A program made the position numbers and the translations under genes. A model generated the notes under the pieces. That model ran no database searches, was not told the DNA's origin, and was given only the letters and a program-made list of their open reading frames with translations. Shown here in pieces: positions 59,329-64,000 of a DNA stretch of 64,000 nt (position 1 is the stretch's first letter; the number at the start of each line of letters is the position of its first letter). The DNA lies in the IMG/VR virus record IMGVR_UViG_3300010401_000001, positions 25,856 to 89,855 of that record. One strand, 5' to 3'. The stretch comes from a virus.

Positions 59329-59547
59329 CTACCGAGATATTTTGATAAATTCCGGGTTAGCCTGGTCAGACTGGAACAATATCGACTCTGCATCGATCGT
59401 CACTGCTGTGCCGTCGTCAAGTGTGAGCATGAAGACCGCAGGAAATGGCTTCGTCGGGTCGGCATCTCTTCGTACGATCGTGCACTGAGTTACAGCACGT
59501 CCCTTCTTTGAAGCGAGCAAGCTGCAAATGTATTCGAGTTGGGTCAT
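59329..59547 (-). CDS. hypothetical protein (lower GC)
   Basis: ORF between coupled genes. Confidence 0.45.
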   Translation of the reverse strand: MTQLEYICSLLASKKGRAVTQCTIVRRDADPTKPFPAVFMLTLDDGTAVTIDAESILFQSDQANPEFIKISR

Positions 59548-59593
59548 CAGGGATCCATCCTACTGCCACCGGTTCACCACTTCCAGTGTGGCC

Positions 59594-59872
59594 TCAAAGA
59601 CCTCGCGGGATTTGGCAGCTGCTCCAATCTATGGAGCGTCCCGGATGAGCTGCCATCCAACGACGCGCACGCTCTGCAAGCAGTTGGTCATCGAAGTCCA
59701 TGCCGAGCTCGCAATCCAACACGTCCACCTCGACGGCGCGCTCGCTGCCCTGCATAACCAACGCTACCCATCGATCGTTGATTCGAGCGACACTAAGCAA
59801 CGCACCGGCGCGCGGATGTCCTTGCGCATCGATCCAACCGATCCTGTTATCCATGTTCCCGATTAGTTCCAT
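59594..59872 (-). CDS. hypothetical protein
   Basis: TAGGAT-N6-ATG. Confidence 0.45.
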   Translation of the reverse strand: MELIGNMDNRIGWIDAQGHPRAGALLSVARINDRWVALVMQGSERAVEVDVLDCELGMDFDDQLLAERARRWMAAHPGRSIDWSSCQIPRGL

Positions 59873-59881
59873 CCCGCCATC

Positions 59882-61858
59882 CTACCGCCGCCCGCCGACC
59901 GCCGCCAGCCGCGACATCGCCCGCCACTTCTCGCGGGGGTCCACCGCGCCGCGGTACCGCGCCACGAACTGCGACCACGCGTCGACCCGGTCCTTGCGCC
60001 GGCTACCCGGGAACGAGCACATCTCGCCGAGGAACCCTTCGTCGAGCGTCTTGCGGCTCTCGAGCTCGACCTGCGGGTAGAGCCACGACGCGCCGTCGCG
60101 CACGTAGGTCCGACACTCCGACCAGGTCGGCAAGGCGCCATGCGCGCGCTGCACCTTGTCCTCGTTCGGCGGCGGCTTCCAGGGCTCGACCTCGCAGCGC
60201 GCGCGCGTCCCGTCTGGCCACAGCAGCTCAACCTTGCGGTCGTGCTCGTCGAGGTACCAGCCGCGCTTGATGCTCCGCTCGACCTCCGCGCAGACGCCGG
60301 CGCCGAGCGCCTTGAGCTCGACCAGCACGCGCTCGATCATCCACGCGCCGATCAGCTCGTAGATGGCCCGGTACGTGCCGTCCACGCCGAGCACGCGCGT
60401 CCGGTCGTCCACCGCGAACCGCTCATCGCCGCGACATCCGCCGACGATCAGCCCGACCGCGGAGATCTTCGCGCCGGGTTTCGGATCGAGGCTGTTCGCG
60501 GCGTCGACGCTCAGCGTGAGCCGCTCGAGCTCGCCCGGCTTGATGACGATCGGCGACAGCTCGGCCCGCGGCACGCATCCGTCCGGCCGGCGCCTGAGCG
60601 CGGCGACGTTCTCGCCATCGAAGACGAAGAACCGCGCATGTGCGCGCTTGAAGATTCCATCGACGACGCGCTGCGCGTTCTGGTTGTACTGCCCCTCGTA
60701 TCCGGGCAGCTTGAGCCGCTTGTCGGCGAGTACGCCGGCGGAGAGCCGCGGGTGCATCGTCTCGCCCTTGGCGGTCCGCCAGTCTCGCCATCCGAACGGG
60801 GTCATCTCGGGCGCGTCGGCCGGCCCGTAGCCGTACTCTGCCGGGATGCAGAGGTGCGCCCAGCCCTTCGGGGTCCGCGGCGACCAGCGCGCAATCGACA
60901 GCAGATAGGCACTCACGCCTTCGACGTGGACGACCTGCTGCATGACGAGCCGGATGCTCCGGTGCTCGTCGTTGACGCGGGTCTCCATGGCGTTGGTCCA
61001 CTTGTTCTGGGCAGCGAGCCGCGTGCTCTCGTTGTGGACCCGGTCCGCGTCGTCCGGGTCGTCTCCGAACAGGCCGTCGACGTGCAGCCCGGTGAAGCCG
61101 CGCTGCCAGGTGCGCGAGTAGCGGACACCGCCCGCGCTGGTCGCCCAGTGGCTCACGCTGTCGACGTCGGGCCGGAGCACGATGTCGCGCGGCGCCGCGG
61201 GGTCGGGCTCGTCAGCCGGGTCTTCGACGTCGTAGGTGTCCCAGCTGATATCGAAGGTCTCTCGGTACCAGGCCGAGCGGATGATGTCGCGGGTCGCGTT
61301 GCTGTCGCGCGTGACGTTGGCGTCGATGCCCGAGGCGGCGCCGAACGCGAACGTCGGCGCGTGCAGCCAGATCCAGGCGCAGGCGCAGATCATCACGATC
61401 GTCGACTTCAACGTTCCTGGCGGCAAATTCTTGATCAGGTTTTGCACCAGCACGTAGCGAAACCACGGCTCCGGATCGCCGTCCTCCCATACCGCGCGCT
61501 CGGTGCGCGGCGGCTCGCCCTCCTGGACCTCCACCGGCCACTCGCGCTCCCAGGCGGCGCGCTGCCGCTCGATCATGTCGGCATGCTGGTCCGCCCATGC
61601 ATCCCAGTCATCGCTGTCCCGGGGCGGACCGTTGGCTACCACCCATCCCTCGAGCTGGAGCTGAGTATGGAGGCAGATTGCGTCGAGGTGCGGCCCCCAG
61701 TCGACACGGGTGCATCCGTTGACGACGCCAGCGGCCACGGCCTGCTGCACGAAGTCGCTCAGCCAGCGACGCGCGAGCTTGGCCCGTGCCCAGCGCGCGA
61801 TCGCGGCGCGATCGACCTCCCGATCCGATTCAGCTGGAGCTGCTACCGCCGTTGCCAT
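59882..61858 (-). CDS. terL: terminase large subunit
   Basis: NLPPGTLKS (Walker A), FGDDP (Walker B), VMQ, SVDAA, VLVELKALG, DRVDAWSQ. Confidence 0.92.
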   Translation of the reverse strand: MATAVAAPAESDREVDRAAIARWARAKLARRWLSDFVQQAVAAGVVNGCTRVDWGPHLDAICLHTQLQLEGWVVANGPPRDSDDWDAWADQHADMIERQRAAWEREWPVEVQEGEPPRTERAVWEDGDPEPWFRYVLVQNLIKNLPPGTLKSTIVMICACAWIWLHAPTFAFGAASGIDANVTRDSNATRDIIRSAWYRETFDISWDTYDVEDPADEPDPAAPRDIVLRPDVDSVSHWATSAGGVRYSRTWQRGFTGLHVDGLFGDDPDDADRVHNESTRLAAQNKWTNAMETRVNDEHRSIRLVMQQVVHVEGVSAYLLSIARWSPRTPKGWAHLCIPAEYGYGPADAPEMTPFGWRDWRTAKGETMHPRLSAGVLADKRLKLPGYEGQYNQNAQRVVDGIFKRAHARFFVFDGENVAALRRRPDGCVPRAELSPIVIKPGELERLTLSVDAANSLDPKPGAKISAVGLIVGGCRGDERFAVDDRTRVLGVDGTYRAIYELIGAWMIERVLVELKALGAGVCAEVERSIKRGWYLDEHDRKVELLWPDGTRARCEVEPWKPPPNEDKVQRAHGALPTWSECRTYVRDGASWLYPQVELESRKTLDEGFLGEMCSFPGSRRKDRVDAWSQFVARYRGAVDPREKWRAMSRLAAVGGRR

Positions 61859-62306
61859 CGCTCGGCGCCTCCACTGCGGTCGCCGGGATGGGCACGAGCG
61901 GAATCACCTTGGCCGGCAGCGCCTGGTCGATCTTCGACAGGATGCGGAGCTCGTCATCGGTGAGCTCGCGGTCGTCCAGCCGGGGCGCGGCCGTCTCTAG
62001 CCCGGACTCGACCTTGAGCGACATGGCCGGCCTGCCAAGGCTCCGGTCGAGCAGCTCGCGGATCGCCCAGAAACGGCTCTTGGCGTCCTCCATGCCCGGC
62101 TCTGCGCCGGCGGCGATTCGCAACAGCATCATCACCAGGTCGGCCCCGCCATGGGTGAGATCGGCGATGAGCGTCGGCACCAGCCGACGCATCTGCATCG
62201 CCGCCTTGGTCTGGCCTCCGGGGTTCGGGCATTGCCCTTTCTGGAACCGAGTCGACTTCCCCTGCTCGGTGGCTCCGTGGAAGTTGTCAGCGCGCCGGCT
62301 GTTCAC
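61830..62306 (-). CDS. terS: terminase small subunit (DUF5681-like)
   Basis: RFQKGQCPNPGG...AIRELLDRSLGRP...LTDDEL; directly upstream of terL. Confidence 0.75.
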   Translation of the reverse strand: MNSRRADNFHGATEQGKSTRFQKGQCPNPGGQTKAAMQMRRLVPTLIADLTHGGADLVMMLLRIAAGAEPGMEDAKSRFWAIRELLDRSLGRPAMSLKVESGLETAAPRLDDRELTDDELRILSKIDQALPAKVIPLVPIPATAVEAPSDGNGGSSSS

Positions 62307-63193
62307 GAGGCACGCTCCACAGCTCGCTCCACCACAAGCCAGTAATACGCCCCCTCGTCGGATAGCCCCAAGCCCCGCGCGGCGAGGGCGGAGCGAAGCG
62401 GCTCGAGGTCCGGCGGCTTGGGCATCTCGGCCGCGCCGGATTTGACCTTGCGCGCGCCGGCGGCGTCGCGCGGCGGCGCGTAGACGTGCATGCCAGCCTT
62501 GGCCGCCGTGGCGAGCTGCGCGGCTTGGCGCGGGCTGGCGTAGTCCAGGGTCTCGTCCTGCGCCGGCTCGGCACGATACGGAGTTGTATTGCGCGCCCCC
62601 GGGGACATTCGGGGCTGTACTGTTGTCCCCCCGGTTGCAGCGTTGCGCTGTACCACCTCGCTCACGGCGCGCCCGACCAGCCCCAGGCGGTCCACGGCTT
62701 CGTCCATCACGGCTCGGCGCTGGATCCGCGGCAGGGCCTGCACCTCGGCGGATCGCGCATAGGCCAGGGCCTGGGTCCCGCGCTCGAGGTGCTTGATGGC
62801 GTCGCGGAGGTCCTGCTCGTCGTTCACGGCCGCGCCAGGGGCGCCGCGCCGACCCTTGCCGCGATAGCGCTTCCAGCCGTCGTTGTCGCGACGGAACGGG
62901 TCGCCGCGATCCTGCGTAAACTTTGCCTTAACCGCCTCGACGGTCAGGCGCTCGGGTCGCCGCGCGGCACAAACCGCGCACCGCTCGCCGTTCTTGGGGT
63001 GCCCACAGCCCCGCCACTGCCCGAGCGCCTCGCGGCGGTCGCGGACCTTACGCATAGTGGCGATGGCCGCCTTGCGAGCCTTCATGCGGTGCTGTTTGCA
63101 GTAGCTGGTTCCGTCCGCCGCAGGACGCTTACAGCTTGTCGAGTAGGTGCACTCGTTGTCGAGTAGTCTTCGATGATACGTGGAGCTGTCCAC
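62303..63193 (-). CDS. Cys-rich basic hypothetical protein
   Basis: C..C...YCKQH...CGH..CAVC; coupled to terS. Confidence 0.55.
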   Translation of the reverse strand: MDSSTYHRRLLDNECTYSTSCKRPAADGTSYCKQHRMKARKAAIATMRKVRDRREALGQWRGCGHPKNGERCAVCAARRPERLTVEAVKAKFTQDRGDPFRRDNDGWKRYRGKGRRGAPGAAVNDEQDLRDAIKHLERGTQALAYARSAEVQALPRIQRRAVMDEAVDRLGLVGRAVSEVVQRNAATGGTTVQPRMSPGARNTTPYRAEPAQDETLDYASPRQAAQLATAAKAGMHVYAPPRDAAGARKVKSGAAEMPKPPDLEPLRSALAARGLGLSDEGAYYWLVVERAVERAS

Positions 63194-63274
63194 CTTAACT
63201 TAGCGTTAACCGCCTCGACGGGTATCGGTCGAATTATGGTGCGCGAGCGGACCGCCACATGCGATAGGGAATCG

Positions 63275-63847
63275 ATGACCACGATCAGATTTCCATCCTA
63301 CCTCGGCACCGTGGCGAACATGATGCCGTTCGTCTTCGGGGATCGCGACACGCTGCCCGGGCCATACGCCAGCTACGCCGAGATCGTCGAGCTCTGCGCC
63401 ATGACTCGCGGATCGACGTGCTACCTGACGGTCCACGAGTCGTGGGTACCTCGCGGTCAGACCCAGCGGCGCGGCGGAGTTCACACCGATGGCACGTCGG
63501 ATGGGCCGTGGGGAGGAGGGTGGGGAAGCGATAGCATCTACTTGGCCTCCACCGACGGAGACACGCTGATTTGGGATACTACCCTTCCGGCTTCGATGGT
63601 CGACTGTCACGGCGCTCCGCTCGTGCGACTCGGTGAGCCATCTGGGTCTCTGTCCGCCGGCGTACTGCACCGCTTCACAGACCGCACCCCACACGCGGCC
63701 AGGCCCGCCGCCACCGATCACCATCGCCAGTTCGTCAGGGTCGTGGGTCCAGACATCCACGGGTGGTACGCTCGGCATAGCACGCCTAACCCAGTGGGCG
63801 TGCTGCCACGCGCGCCCATCATCACGGCCGACAAGTTCACCGCCTGA
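63275..63847 (+). CDS. 2OG-Fe(II) dioxygenase-like protein
   Basis: QRRGGVHTDG...TPH...RQFVR (HxD..H..R). Confidence 0.65.
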   Translation: MTTIRFPSYLGTVANMMPFVFGDRDTLPGPYASYAEIVELCAMTRGSTCYLTVHESWVPRGQTQRRGGVHTDGTSDGPWGGGWGSDSIYLASTDGDTLIWDTTLPASMVDCHGAPLVRLGEPSGSLSAGVLHRFTDRTPHAARPAATDHHRQFVRVVGPDIHGWYARHSTPNPVGVLPRAPIITADKFTA

Positions 63848-64000
63848 CCTGTGCGACTCGTTCACTGCAACGTTCACAGCGATCCCGCGAGTGGCCGACC
63901 GCACGCGATGGCACCGCCGTGCGGCTCTGTCGGATCCGGTCGGCACCGCCCGCGGTGACCGGCCGGCAGCGGGCACAGGTCGGTGCGCGGCATCGGCCGC

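Overview
GC-rich temperate phage genome segment with a contractile tail (myovirus-type). The host is probably Myxococcota, inferred from the Ser/Thr kinase-WD40 gene and the double-glycine leader peptide. Bases 1-17.75 kb are a + strand early/accessory region: two ASCH-like genes, xis-int, an apparently intact attP (3' half of tRNA-Cys with paired GTGTCC repeats on both sides), many small ORFs, a ~1135-aa Ser/Thr kinase-TM-WD40 gene, an unannotated 57-aa GG-leader peptide directly behind it, and a perfect 21-bp inverted repeat overlapping a sigma70-type promoter. Bases 17.75-63.2 kb are a - strand late region: terS, terL, portal, MuF, protease/scaffold, capsid, neck, sheath, tube, frameshifted chaperone, tape measure, baseplate, fibre and lysis genes. 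It is interrupted by + strand morons, a CCA-less tRNA-fMet and a GIY-YIG gene. No replication genes were recognised. The best candidate for a new system is the phage-borne receptor kinase + peptide + operator module (11.7-15.4 kb), which may be a peptide-sensing switch. Other highlights: a recurring TCGACC-N17-(-10)-N6/7-start promoter class implying leaderless late mRNAs, an antisense cassette carrying fragments of sheath and baseplate-J proteins, a Cys-rich protein tagged with a copy of the scaffold C-terminus, and lesions in the portal and spike genes. All family assignments come from motif recognition by eye; no database searches were run.
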